Shown piece after piece: positions 14,000-27,649 of a stretch of DNA of 64,000 nucleotides (position 1 is the first letter of the stretch; each line of letters starts with the position of its first letter). The notes under the pieces were generated by a model. That model was not told where the DNA came from. It worked only from the letters and a program-made list of their open reading frames with translations, and ran no database searches. The position numbers and the translations under genes were made by a program. The stretch is taken from NCBI RefSeq assembly GCF_009914755.1, contig NC_060927.1; one strand, given 5' to 3'. This DNA is from the human T2T-CHM13v2.0 reference genome, Homo sapiens.

Positions 14000-14225
14000 A
14001 ACTAACCTAGCAAATTCACTTACAGAAATTAATCCTAAGGAAACAATATGAAATTCTTAAATGTTTTACATGAAATTATGTTTAAAGGACATAAATTTGT
14101 ACATAGATGATATTCATTTCAGTATTATTTAGTTAATTGTGGAAAACTATGTGTAAGTTCATTAATAAAAATTGATTAAATAATTATTTTATCTTTCAGT
14201 GATACAATATTATGCATCTAACAAA
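14000..14225 (+). mobile_element. L1ME-type 3' fragment
   Basis: acctagcaaattcacttacagaaattaatcctaagg ... aatattatgcatc. Confidence 0.5.
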
Positions 14226-14227
14226 AC

Positions 14228-14342
14228 ATTGATTATATATAAATGATTTTATATATCATATATGATTTTATATACAATAAATATAAATGATTATATATAA
14301 ATGATAAAAAAATATAAAAGATTATATATTATATACATATAA
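14228..14342. repeat. Degenerate AT-rich tandem repeat (unit about gattatatataaat)
   Basis: Repeated gattatatataaat and gattttatata units. Confidence 0.7.
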
Positions 14343-15129
14343 TGTATTTCTTTCCAATGGTAATATATTTTTGATATATGCATTAAAATACCAATATAAA
14401 GTAATTTGCATTTTTGTACTTCTGTATATTTTCTTCTCAGCTCTACTAAAAAGTTACTGTTTCTAAAGAGTTACCTTGACTTGTGCTGTAAATGCATTGC
14501 CTGACTATCCCAATTTCTAAACAATTTTTAGAAAGTGTTGTAAATGTATTTTACGGCATTTATTGTTAGATTATCAAATTTATGTCGATTAGGGATGTTT
14601 TTATTATACATATACAGGTATAAATGGATTTGCTCCCATTTAACCTTCATTTATTTTTTAATGATTATATTATAGTTTTAAAATATTTGCTCAGTTTTTA
14701 CTGTTATTAAAATTTATCATTGGCTTATGTAAAAAGATGCAAGGAGAATACAGAAGAAAAAAGGAATCCACATCAATTTGGGTCTTATCCTTAGATAGAG
14801 TCTTTGCACATTTACTAATAATCTGTTTCCAATTTTAGTATGTGGGCTATGAAGTGAGCATCACATTTTTTGTAAAGTTTATAATATTCACACTTTCAAA
14901 ACCAAAACACTTCTATAGTTAATTTTTGTTGATATTAGATGTTTGTGATAAATACACCAAAGATTATGTTTTAACTGGGATGATTTCTTACAATGTTTTT
15001 CTTTAGGGAGAGGAGATGATATGGGAATAAGATCATAATACATTGCATAAATGGCATTCAAAGTTGTGGAGATATATATATATAATGTATATGCATTGAA
15101 ATACCAATACAAAGTAGGCTTACTATTAG

Positions 15130-15130
15130 A

Positions 15131-15198
<68 letters not shown>

Positions 15199-15208
15199 TG
15201 TGTATGTA

Positions 15209-15243
<35 letters not shown>

Positions 15244-15244
15244 G
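15130..15244. repeat. Compound (TG)n/(TA)n microsatellite
   Basis: Seen directly. Confidence 0.97.
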
Positions 15245-16237
15245 GAAAAGTTAAAAAAAAAAACTCCTTGCCAAAAAGGTAAAATTAGAAAACAGTTTCA
15301 ATAACATATTGCATATATTTTGTAACTCAATTAAGACAAATTATTATAATATAATATTACTATTAAAAAACCAAGCTCTGAGTTATTAGCTTGAAAGGAG
15401 AGGTTGACAGCCTTCCCCCAGATATGAGATAACAAGACAGCCTGACACATTCTACTTGTAAATACTTTCATATACTGTTTTGAAGTAAACTTTAATTAGC
15501 AGACATCATCAATAAGCATTAGATTTGTCATATGCTAATTGTGACAGAGTTTTAATATGTCCTTTTGTTATTTTAAGACCAGATTATTCAGTCACTAGGA
15601 AGGGTACAGGTGTGTGTGTGTGTATACATTAGTGTTTTGAAATATAGACCAGCCTCTTCTATAGCCCAGAGTAGAGAAGATTGACTGTGTTCCTTGTCTC
15701 AGTCTCTTTTCCTATATTTCCTTCTAGCATAGGTCTTTCTCTGTGCTTACCTGCTGGGATCCACTATGATGTCTACCACTGAGGCTGTTCCTCCTCTCAA
15801 GACTCAAGACCCTCTTTACTTCTTTTAACTCCACTAGAGGAAGGACAGCAGTAAAATGTTCAATGCCTTTTGTGTCTGTTCTTGGCAGTGACATTCAGTT
15901 CTCTTTATAAAACAAGGGAGTAGAAAGAGAGTAGAAGTGACATCTTCACACACACATACCGTTTGCTAGATTTGTCAAACAGCTGATTTCAAACTGTTAA
16001 TATGACACAGAATCAATTTTTTTGAGTCAAACTTTTCATTATACAATAGAATTGAAAAGTTAATATCAGAATAACTGTCTGTTAGTAAGATTTTATTTAA
16101 AAAATTTGGTTGCATACACACCTAAACATTCACTTACATTGTTATAGCATATGACATTGTGATGTAAAATATATTTCTTACTCTAGTCACGGTCATAAAC
16201 GATCGAAAGCCATGACTTAAGGGCATTATTTAGTGCT

Positions 16238-16418
16238 GAGCTGTCTAATATGGTAGCTATTTTATTTAAATGTAAATGAATTAAAATTACATAAAATTAA
16301 AATCAGTGTCTTAACCAAAGCGGCCACATTTAATTGCTCAATAATTACTTGTGGCAACTTTATTGTATATCTTGGGTCCAGCCTTTTATCATCGCAGAAA
16401 GTTCTGCTGGCAGTGCTG
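16238..16418. mobile_element. MER3-like hAT MITE
   Basis: gctgtctaatatggtagc ... ggccacatttaattgctcaat ... atcatcgcagaaagttctgctggcagtgctg. Confidence 0.75.
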
Positions 16419-16644
16419 ATGTAGAAACAATCTAATACTATATTTGTAACATTTTCTTTATATGAAATTTGTACATAACAAATAATGTCCAACAATTAAT
16501 AAAATTTGTGGTGGTTTTTGTCTTTTGCTACAATAAAGTTTTATGCAATAGTATTTAGCTGGTTGTATTAGATAGTGTTGACTTATTGAAAGAATTCCAT
16601 TGCTTTATTTAAGAAAAGCAAGACCCAAAACCATGAAGCAAGAA

Positions 16645-16765
16645 AGAATAATCATTAGTGGCATGAACTCGGAATCCACTGCTCAGATTCAAATCCACTT
16701 TTCTACCTGTGTGAACTTGGACATTTATTTGCCTCAGTTCTATTACCTGTATAATGGATATGACG
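16645..16765 (+). mobile_element. MIR fragment
   Basis: MIR core ctgtgtgaacttgg...gcctcagttc...ctgtataatgg. Confidence 0.65.
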
Positions 16766-17264
16766 TGAATAGTTTTATCTATATCTTAGTGCTTAAATTT
16801 ATAAAGTGGACTTTATATTACAAATTTATATTCATAAAATGCCTACACAAGTAAAAGCTAAATTAAGTGATGAGTTAAATTCATTTTTTGTCTAAACGTA
16901 TTTGTGTCATATATAAATAAATATATACTTGTATTTGTGTGTGTATGTATATTATTTTGTCAAGCATCTTCTGAAAATGCGCAGAAGGCACAATGCAAAG
17001 TTGTGGTCATTAAAATTTTAATTTGGTTATTGACATTTAAGTTCTCCTTCCTGTGTTAGATGATTCTGGACACACATTTATATGTTATGAGCAAAAGTTA
17101 ACTACCGAATATCTATGTTTCAATATTATTTATTTTTAATTTTTTTATAATTTTAAATGGTTTCTCACAAGGATAAGATAGAATGGAGAGTTTGGAAATT
17201 TAAAAAGTAAATGTAGTTCCAAGATGAAAATTGAGAACCATTTCCATTTTAAAAGAGAGAACAG

Positions 17265-17770
17265 CTTCACAGTGGATTAAAGTATTAAGCTTTATGTCAG
17301 TCAATCCAGGTTTCAAATTCCTCTTGCCTCAACTACCCACCATGCAATGAGGGCAGATTACATAAACTTTTTTAGTCTCACTTTTGCCATCTAGCAAGTG
17401 AGTGAGATAATATGTGTACCTTATAGAGTCGTTGTGATAGAAAATGAAGTATCAGTGTATTCTCACTTATACATTGAGTACCCAAAGAAGGGAACAATAG
17501 ACAAAGGGGTCTACTTGAGGGTAGAGGGTGGGAGGAGAGTGAAGATAAAAAAAAAATACCTATCAGGTACTATGTTTATTATCTGGGTGACAAAATAATC
17601 TGTACACCAAACCCATGCAACGCTCAGTTTCTCCATGTAACAAACCTTCATATGTACCCCTTGAACCTAAATGCTGGAAAGAAAAAAAAAAACACGAAAA
17701 TGAAGTAATGTATGTAAATTGCTGAGAATCATGTTCAGCATAGAGTAAGTGTTCAACAAATGTAAGCCTT
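17265..17770 (+). mobile_element. MIR split by an L1 insertion
   Basis: MIR body to 17451, resuming at 17708 (atgtatgtaaa...tagagtaagtgttcaacaaatg). Confidence 0.75.
17452..17695 (+). mobile_element. L1PA15/16-like 3' end
   Basis: ctacttgagggtagagggtgggagg...ctgtacaccaaaccc...polyA; perfect 12 bp TSD GAAAATGAAGTA at 17440-17451 and 17696-17707. Confidence 0.9.
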
Positions 17771-19342
17771 TATCATATTATTCATATAATAGTAACTGCC
17801 TCCCTTGCATATGTAATTAAACACCTGAATAGTTTGATTTTCTTCTCATAACTAAATTGTGATTTTCTCTCTGTTTCTGATTAGGTGTGTGATATTGAAT
17901 AAATGGTTCACCGTTTCTAGACCTTGGTTTCTACTGAGAAATAAAACAAATGGATAAAGTCCTCCTAATATCATTTCTGAGCCTGTAGTTTGGAATCTCA
18001 AGAGAAACAAAGTCAAAGACATTAAAAGAAATGATGTGATGTAAGGGTAATGAGGAAAACTAAATATATTTAGGCATATTTGAAATTTTGAATGCATCAA
18101 AATCCAACCTATGTATCAGTCAGCAGAAGCCCAGTGAACAGTTTGTGTGGTTTGACAAAGCGTACTAGATTTCAGTATATTTCAAACTTTTTCTCTTAAG
18201 TATGTCTGCTAATTGCTTTTACACTTCCATTATATATAATTCTTTCAGAGATGAATTTGACATTATGCATTAAATTAGAAAAAAGTCAATAACTTATAGT
18301 CAATAAGAAGCTAAACAAAAGTTTATGTGTGTTTTATTGGTGTCTCTGAGATGATTTATAAGTAGTACTCTTCGAATGAAATGAAAGTTAAAGATGAAAG
18401 CCAACATATAACCTTTATTTCTGATGGACATTAAATGGGAAAGCAATTTGGTCTGAGGGGCAGTTTGGCAGTTAGAAAATTTGTAAATTCCAGAATGTAA
18501 CCATCAGTTTATAAGGTATTAACAGGCAGTGCCACATGAGATTCAAATGAGAAAACAATAGAGCAGAGCAGCAAACTTATGCACATGATATCCGGAAACT
18601 TCCAAGAAGAAGATGAGAAAGCTGCCCAAGTTATTCTTCCTTAGGTTATTATTTATAAGTTTATAGATAGAACCATTCATTCCACATTTAGAGGCCAGGA
18701 AGTTAAAGGACTGAAAGAATACTAAATATGCTTAGGAAAACAATTCTTTCTCATGGCAAACAAGTCCAACCACGTTTTACAAATGTTGGAGTGGATAATT
18801 TAGTCTTTCTTATTTCATTATTAAATTGAATGGAGAGGCTTAGCAAAATATATGAAGACACATGCTTTGTGTGATAAGGTTAGTTTCAGAAAGGAATGAG
18901 GAATAAGATTTTTTTTTCCAATTTATATTTTTTAATAGGTCCACCATTGTACTTAGCAGATAACATTTTTACATGAACTTCTTTACATGAAATTTTCAAC
19001 ATGAAATGTTGTTGAAATATGTTTATATGTCCCATATTTCCAAAATAATTTTTTCTCACTGACTCTACCTTAAAATTACAATAATATATGTAGGACGTCT
19101 TCCTTTATTGTAATCCAGAGACCCAAATAAAACTATGCATCACACATCCTTTATCTTGTCAAAATGGCGCGATTCTTATGAGATGAAGTTGACAGAAACT
19201 CTTGTCATTTTGAGTTGTTTTGAGTTGCCTTGTTTTTCTCCACAGAGCTGCTAACAGATCTGATGGTTGAATATCTCCCAACAACTGGGCCCTAGTTTTT
19301 GAATTCATCTTCACAATGTAAAAAAAGATTACAATAAATAGT

Positions 19343-19684
19343 TGTATCAGTCCATTCTCACACTGTGTAAAAATACTACCTAAGACTGGGTAATTTATAA
19401 ATAAAAGAGGTTTAATTGACTCACAGTACCACATGGCCGGGGAAGTCTCAGGAAATTTACAATCATGGCGGAAGGCAAAGGCGGAAGCAAGCACCTTCTT
19501 CACAAGGCTGCAGGAGAGAGAGAGCGAGGAAGCAAGGAAATGAGAACTCACCCACTGTGACGAGAACAGCATGGGAGAAACTGCCCACATGATCCAATCA
19601 CCTCCCAACAAATCCTTCCTTCGACACGAAGGGATTACCATTTGAGGTGATATTTGGGTGGGAACACAGAGCAAAACCACGTGA
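19343..19684 (-). mobile_element. THE1D-like solo LTR
   Basis: tgtatcagtccattctcacac ... gagaacagcatgggagaaactgccc; TSD ATAGT/GTAGT. Confidence 0.9.
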
Positions 19685-21787
19685 GTAGTATTAGAGTTTA
19701 TTCTACATTCTGATGGAAATAGCAATACAACAAAAGACAGTCTTAAAAATCCTCACTATTGTTTATCTCAACCTCTTCTTTGGGAAGTAGAATAATTGCA
19801 GCCCTGGACATGTCTAATTCATGAGGGCACATAGATATAATTCACGTTTTGCCTCATCAAGTATTCTATAGAGGGAAAAGACTAAAGTATGTGAAAAGTT
19901 GCTACAATAAAAAAAATGTAATTTATAATTTTTGGAATTATGCTAGCAAGATGTTGTGAACAGGTTTTCCCAATTCAGAACACCAAAAATATTAAATAAA
20001 ACATGAAGATAAGAAATATTTTTCTTTCTTTAAATAGATAAACTAGAGGGACAGTAAAAAAAATAAGTGAAACTAGAAACAACACAGGGGTCATGAGGGA
20101 TGAAGGCATCTCAAGTAGCATTTCCAAGATAGCATCTGCCAAATTTGGAGTAAACATGTATGTGTGCTCTGCTAAGGCCAGTTATACATTTAAGGGGAGG
20201 TGAAAGGTCAGCTCAGACAGCTGCCCCTATTGCCAGTGAGCACGCATCCTTTCCTCCCAACTCCCCCAACAAAGCCAAGATTCCTTTATTCTTTCACTTA
20301 GGAAACCAGGAAAAAAAACTAGAAAGCAATAAGGTGCTTCATTTCCTATCTTGGTCTTGGCTCCAGGTGGAGTATAAAAAATCATTAACTTTCTTTGTCA
20401 TCATTTATTGTCTAGTGGGCTTTATAAATATTATGTTGGATCTAGAGTCTATGAAATCTATCTACAGAGTTTGTCCTGTGGCAGAATTTTAAGAAAATCA
20501 GAGATAAATACAATTACTCTAAATAAAACATTAGATTAATTTACACAAAATATTCAATGCATAAATCAATATTTTAGAAAATTTGGTTTGATTAAAATGC
20601 TGGCTTTGATAGAAATACTACGAATATGTTGCTTAAAGTTATACAGTAAATTATAAAATATCACAAACTTGAAAAAGATAAATTTATCTATATTGCTTTT
20701 GTGGGTTAGAAAGTTTTAGCCAGACTAAAAGTCTACTTGATGTCATTAGTTTGGGGGATACTAATGTATTGAGCACCATGACTCTTGAATAATAGAGTAG
20801 TTCATTCTGTTTTTGCATTTTGAGATTATTATTTATGCATGTCCTTGTGCTAGATAGCACTAAGCATTGCTCCTTCATTAGTGGTTCCCACTGTAAGTTA
20901 TGTTTATATTCAAAAATTCTGCCCTGGGAAGGATCATATTGTGTGGGAAATAATTACAGGCCAAAAGTGGAGAGCCTCTGCTTAAAATGTATTAGAAATT
21001 ATCTGCTTGATGTGCCTCCGAGTTTCCATAGTGCGATTCTGTCTAATTATCCCTGGGGATCTGCTAGGCTCTCTGACTATTAAGCAGATAATTTTTTAAC
21101 ATTGGGAAATATTTATTTTCAACTAGATAGTTTTTTGAGCCTGATGCTTTAAGAAGAATATTTCTAATAAAATTATTTAAGTATTTAAGGACAGTTGAGT
21201 ATTGTTTGTTAATTTGGTCAATCAACTGATGGCATAGAAACTGCCCGATTCCCTTGAAATATGGTTGGAAGTGATAATGTTAAATTTCTGTTCTCCTCCA
21301 TGTTGAAATTGTTGCTTCCAACAGACCATTCCTGGGAGAAACATTACTATTTTAGATATACCAATTACTATAGCAGAGCTTTATGAAATTCATGGTTAAC
21401 TTCATTGAGGATAGGTTGATAGATGCAAACAAAGTTCAACTCAATTTACATATCTTATATCTGTATGTGTATCATAACTCTCTTTGGTGTGTCTGCCTAG
21501 CTTCTGAAAACATTTTCAGAAAGCTCTGCCATTAAGTATTCTTCTAATAAAGTACAAGGACACTAGTGGCTGCCTTTATTATTTATTTGCTCTGCCAAAT
21601 TATTAAGGTTTTGAAAGCATTTTGAATTTCATGTTTTTGCTCCAAACTGGGAACCTAGGAAGTATTTGAATTAAAAGTGGAAGACAAATGGTTCTACCTA
21701 AATTATCTTTGAGGAAAAAGGACTGTCCACAACGAGCTGTTCAAGATCACATCAAATATTTGAAAACCTGGGAGCGTTTTATATGGG

Positions 21788-21816
21788 GTGTGAGTGTGTG
21801 TGTGTGTGTGTGTGTG
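21788..21816. repeat. (TG)n microsatellite
   Basis: Seen directly. Confidence 0.9.
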
Positions 21817-21904
21817 CATTTATGTGTAAGGACAGTTTAGGAATGAGTGGATTTGTTGAAGATAAATATTGAGAAAAGAAAGAAAAACTTCAGAAGTTAC
21901 TATA

Positions 21905-22242
21905 TGTATTAGTCCATTTTCACACTGCTGATAAAGACCAAGACTGGGCAATTTACAAAAGAAGGAGCGTTTATTGGACTTACAGTTCTATATGGCTGGG
22001 GAGGCCTGACAATCATGGTGGAAGGTGAAAGGCACTTCTCACATGGTGACAGACAAAAGAAGAGCTTGTGCAAGGAAACTCCCCTTTTTAAAAGAATCAG
22101 ATCTTGTGAGACTTATTCACTATCACAAGAACAGCACAGGAAACGTCTGTCCCCATGATTCAATGACCTCCCACCGGGTCCCTCCCACAACAAGTGGGAA
22201 TTCAAGATGAGATTTGAATGGAGACACAGCCAAACCATATCA
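21905..22242 (-). mobile_element. THE1B-like solo LTR
   Basis: tgtattagtccattttcacactgctgataaagac ... cagccaaaccatatca; perfect TSD CTATA. Confidence 0.93.
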
Positions 22243-23189
22243 CTATATGAAATAAATACAATTAAGACTTCAAGAGGATGAGGAACAATGAGTTGTAGGT
22301 TTTTATATTATTTTATTGAACTTGTATCTTTTCTGTTCCAATGATAATAATACAAACAGATTTCATTTTTTTGGTTGAGGAAATGAAACAGGTTAAAGAT
22401 AAAATTAGAGTCTAAAAAAGCAATAACAAACAAAATTAAAGATACAAGCAGAGTACATGAAATTAATAATTAGCACAAAAAATATGGCCAGAAGTAATTA
22501 TATCCTTGCTAGATTTTAGCCACAAATTTGTCCTTGATCTTGTTAGCAACCAATGCAAATGAGGAACACATTATGCATGTGTCTCAGTGTCCCAAAGAGG
22601 GAAACAAACTGATCCACCTGGGTACACTTATTCCTAGCTGTGATATGTGAAATACAGTTTCCTGTGAGTAAAGAGGAGTTGCATGGCAACTATGGCAAAC
22701 ATCTTCACATTGTAATTATAATAAACACAGTGATGAGTTTTAGAGGGTTGTATCTGTCAGAAATACATCCAATGACCCATGCTATGCAGCATATGCAATG
22801 CAATAAATTAAATCCTAGGTGGTGAGAATTCAAAACAGCACGTCCCTGGTATACAATCTTCAATGGAACATTTTAACACATCAATCTGGATTACAGTATT
22901 CAGTGTCATGTTTTCCAAACTCTGCTATCCAGATCTATGGGATTCCAGGGTTTCAGTGGCTAGAATCAAGGCTTTCTCTTTGCACTCCAACTAAGATTAT
23001 TCTACTTTCATCTCTATTACATAGTAACTGCTTACACAAGGCCTTGTTTGTTTAGAGTGTTCCAGAGCTTTTGTTAAAAAATAGAAAGCAATAATGTAAA
23101 TTGATTGATAAATGAATGGAATGTTTAGATTTCTCTTAGGCAATATTCTATAGAAATTATTCATTTCAGCCAAGTTGTTGTTTTTGCTG

Positions 23190-23488
23190 TTAGTAGACTG
23201 TTTTTTTAAAGCATTTTTAGGTTCACAGCAAAATTTATTGGAAGGTAGAGAGATGTCCCCATATATGCATAGCCTCCCCCATTATCAACATTCCTCCATT
23301 AGAGTGGTACATGTACTACAACTGATGAACTTACATTCATACCAAAGCCATTATCACCAAAATCCACAGTTTACATTGGGGATTACTCTTGGTGTTTTAG
23401 ATTCTTTGGGTTGATACCAATTTATAATGGCACGTATCCACCATTATAGTATTACACACTGTAGTTTCACTACTCTAAAAATTCTGTG
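23190..23488 (-). mobile_element. L1MC1/2-like 3' end
   Basis: ttttaggttcacagcaaaatt...cccccattatcaacatt...tagtttcactactctaaaaat. Confidence 0.8.
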
Positions 23489-24257
23489 GCAGGTTTCAAT
23501 GAGTGTTATATAGCAGTGAACTGAGTATGCTTTTTGACAAATACTGGAAAGCAGATCTTAATGTTGTTCTGAAAAAGAATAAAATCATATCTTTAAACCG
23601 TCAGCTGAGCTTACAGTAGACTTTGCTTTCTTTTTAAAAAATTGAGGAGTGTCAAACTGAAAAGAACATCCATTAATGTGGATGAAATTTTCCTAAAAAT
23701 AAAACAAAAGTTTGGTTAAATGCAAACCCTGAGGGTGAAACTTCTAGGTTATATGTCATACCTACAATGGTTTTATCTAAATTATATTGGATTTTATGAT
23801 GTGTCTATCTTGCTAATTAAATAGTGTTGGTAAAGTATAGTATTCTTTATAAGTTCAGCTGAACACTGAAAGATAACTTTTCCAATTGTATTCATAGGTT
23901 ATTAAATAAGTCAACTTTATGAAGAATCTGTTTATCTACACACCAGCTGGGGGTTATCTTCTTTGTATAATTACTCTTTCTGGTAGCAAGTGGGTATCAA
24001 GGGCATTTCTTGGCTAATATTGCTTCCAATTTGAGAAAATGAAGCCACTTTGTTTGCATATAGAGAGTGGGGGATCTTTCTCTTCCCCATGCAGAAATAT
24101 ATGAATTTCACTTACTCAAAAATACTATCAAAGTATCAATATGGGCTTTTAAATTTTAGGCTTCTAGATGACTTCTATGTTTTATCCCATATAATAAATA
24201 CATCAAGAGAAAATTCTTCTTATACTGAGTAAGCTTAGCATATTAAGACATATGTCA

Positions 24258-24457
24258 AGGGGAGGCAGAGCATTAGGAAAATACCTAATGCATGTGAGGC
24301 TTAAAACCTAGATGACCTAGATAATAGGTTGATGGGTGCAGCAAACCACCATGGCACATGTATACCTGTGTAACAAACCTGCATGTTGTGCACATGTATC
24401 CCAGAAACTAAAATAAAGTAAAAAAAAATAAAAGAAATAAATGATGAAAAAAAGAAA
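24258..24457 (+). mobile_element. L1PA8-like short 3' end
   Basis: atacctaatgcatgtgaggcttaaaacctagatga...polyA; degenerate TSD aagacatatgt/aagatacatgt. Confidence 0.9.
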
Positions 24458-25099
24458 AAGATACATGTTCTGCATGATATTTCCAAAACAAAGATTTATT
24501 TTGAGCTAAACCCAGAAACATACCCTTCCTCTTAAAGAATTATGGAGCTCAGTCTTCCAGCTTCAACAGGAAGAAACTGGCACACATTTTCAATGGACTT
24601 CCTTATTAGCTAGAAAATTCCTGCTTTGGCAACAAAGGTATTGAGGTAGGACAGTGGTCCATCAGGAAGGGCGGTAATCACAGAGCTGTGAAAGTAAACA
24701 AATAGGTAGTGTCTGGAGATCACATTCAAAACGGTCCTTAAAGTACAGAGGCTGGAAATATTGCTTGGGACATTATTAAGCAGTTTTTTTTTTTTTTAAA
24801 TCAACATGCTTTTCAGCGGTCATCACCAGAAATCAGCCAGAAAGTGGCCCATTGAGTTTGAACAAACCATCTCCATTGGTGGAAATCAAACATGACCTTC
24901 TATGGTCTCAGTCACCAAATTGATGTTTTAAGTAACCAAGCATTTATATCTCATTTAGTTGCAAGATCTGAAGAATAAACATTATTTTCACATTGGTATA
25001 CCATACTTGAATTGTTTTGAGGTATTAATAATATATAGTCAGGCAAATTTGATAAGGTCCTTAGTGACTGTTTCTGAGTTCTGATGTATATAGCAATTG

Positions 25100-25560
25100 T
25101 ATCTATCAGGGTTCTTAGCTGTAGGCTAAAAAGTCTGACTCCAGTTTAAGCAGAAAATAAATTTTTAAAAACAGTGTGAGATCACAAAACACCCAAAATA
25201 TTGAAAATGAAGTACAGAAAAAGAGTAGGACGAAGGATGCTAGGGTGCAGTCAAGAACTTAGCCAAATTCACGGCACAGAAGAGGAACAGGTCTCTACCA
25301 CTGAACACAGGATGATCCAGCTTCTATGGACATCTTAGACTGCTCTTAAAAGCACTGCTACTTTTGCCCCAGAAATCAGCACGTTTGCCCCATGGCCACT
25401 CTTGGCCATCAGAATGTATTTTCTGTTGCCCCTGTTTCTTTAATATCCTTCTGTCAGTGTATTTCAATTCAAAAACCACAGAGGGTGTTTCTTATGCTAA
25501 AATCTAGGTTATGTGTCTGCATCCTAGATGCACAAAGAGGTTGAAAAGCAATCACAGAGC
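25100..25560 (-). mobile_element. Old MLT1 (J/K/L-class) LTR remnant
   Basis: tcagggttcttagctgtagg...ccagtttaagcagaaaa start; aatctaggttatgtgtctgcatcctag. Confidence 0.5.
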
Positions 25561-26277
25561 ATTTCAGCTTCAAGGAAGACATACGATTTGCCTCTCACCC
25601 AAAATACTTAATATTTAATGAATGCTTCTTCTGTGTTAGGCACTGTTGTATGAGTTTATTCGCGTAATGTGGAGAATTTATTAAACTAGGAGAGATTCAG
25701 GGAGCTACATCAAATATGTAGAAAAGGGTGAAATAATCACTTAACTCATGTTCCAGAACATATTCCAAGTAGTGTTGTAAATAGAGAAGGAATCGTTTTG
25801 GAATAATTTATGATACTGTTTTTTTAGGATAAAAGTAAAAGTATAAATCTCCCTAGATTGGTCTACCATGTCAAAATTTCAATACCAGGAAGTTTGCTCT
25901 ATAAATGCTTTGGTGAAGAATTTTTCATTGGGTTGATACATCTGTTTTTAGAAGAATGCTCCATAGAGATCAGAATTTTTTTTTCTTTCTTGAACCACTT
26001 CAGAGAGAACTCAGTGAACTAGCTGCCAATCTTGGCATTCAGTTCCCCCAGAGAGCAGTGTTATTTACCAAATTGGTTTTAGCTGACTACCAGAGAAGCA
26101 GAAATGTGAAGCAAACACCTAACTCCTTCCACATGTTGAATCCAGTACCAGGGAAGTAAAACTTAACATTTATAAAGAATTATATAATTTCAACTTTTTT
26201 TTCTGTCAATCAAATTCTTACTCCAGCATTCTAGTGTCTGAAGAATACTGGTAAGTAGTCTCAGGGTACCAAAGATA

Positions 26278-26352
26278 GGAGAGAGAGAGAGAGAGAGAAA
26301 GAGAAAAGAGAGGGGAAGGAAGGGAAGGGGAGGAGATTAGAAAAGAGAGAGA
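26278..26352. repeat. (GA)n / polypurine tract
   Basis: Seen directly. Confidence 0.9.
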
Positions 26353-26429
26353 ATATTTGACTTTTAGAAGTGTGGACACAAAAAAATAAAATAAAAATGT
26401 ACTCTTGATGTTGTCAAATATAATCATAC

Positions 26430-27270
26430 AGTCTGGCTCTCTTCACTTCCTGACCACATTCACTCTTGAAACACAAAATCAATTCCAGCTCCCTGAAGTC
26501 ACTTGTTGTGGGTCACCATTAATACCCTAATTGCAGAAACTACTTTGAAATTTTTTAGTCTAGTATCTTAATCATGTTTGACCACTCTCTGCTCTTGTAA
26601 GCTCCCATCCAGGGCACAATCTCCTAATTTCTCATGTATCACAGACTAGTCTTACATGTCTCCTAGGCAAGCTTCTCCTTTGACCAATCCCATCTGTTTC
26701 TTAGACGTAAATCCTTAGGTTCTCTCCCCGTTCTCACCTAATTTTTTCCCTTTCTTGGGTGGTTTTATCAATGGCCTCATCTACCAACAACATGACTCAT
26801 TAATTTCAAGTCTCCAGCCCAGCTCTCCCTCCTGAGCTTGTGTATTCTACGGCCAGCTGCTTATGCAGGGAATATTTATAACTAAATGTGCCATTGTAAC
26901 TGCAGCATCCTTAAACTCGAATAACCTTCCCAGACAGATGCTCCAGAAAGTAGTATCTTTGTGATAATATGATTAAATGATAGGTATCATGGTACAAGCA
27001 GCTGGATGAGTAAAACCAGAGGATTATATTTATGATAAAATAGGAAAATAAGAGAAGTTAAATATTCGGTATTTAAGAGTTTAACATGTCATAAAGAGAA
27101 AATAGATGGTGCAACTGAATGCATTTTTAAATTGAAATCTACCATGTAAAATTTTATTATTATTATTTCAATAGACTATAAGTTCCATTAAGTGTAGGAC
27201 AAAGATAGTCTTTCCTACCACTACACTGCAATTTCTCCAATAGTTGTGTTTTAATAAACATTTGTGGATT
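26430..27270 (+). mobile_element. L2 fragments
   Basis: tctccagcccagctctccctcctgagc; 3' end tagactataagttccat...aataaacatttgtgg. Confidence 0.55.
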
Positions 27271-27420
27271 TCTGGTAATATTATAATAATGCCAATTGTG
27301 ATGATGATAGTAAAGGTATTTTGCAGTAACATGTGCTAATTATTTGTTACTGGTACATTTTAGGTGCTCAGTAAATTTTAGTGGATAAAAGATAAAAGAG
27401 TAATTTTTTACACATTTGGG

Positions 27421-27649
27421 TTTTTTAAATTTTTTAAAATTTAATTTAATTTTATTTGAAATTCCAGGATCCATGTGCAGGATGTGCAGGTTTGTTACAT
27501 AGGTAAACATGTCCCATGGTGGTTTACTGCACCTATCAACCCATCACATAGGTATTGAGCCCTGTATGCATCAGCTATTTATCCTGATGCTCTCTCTCCC
27601 CCTGCCCCCCGCAATAAGCCCCGGTGTGTGCTGTTCCCCTCCCTGTGTC
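27421..27649 (-). mobile_element. L1PA10-13-like short 3' end
   Basis: catgtgcaggatgtgcaggtttgttacataggtaaac; TSD TACACATTT at 27409-27417 and 27653-27661. Confidence 0.9.

Noticed and set aside
19159-19725. 188 aa ORF
   Set aside because: It mostly reads through a THE1 LTR and has no recognisable domain
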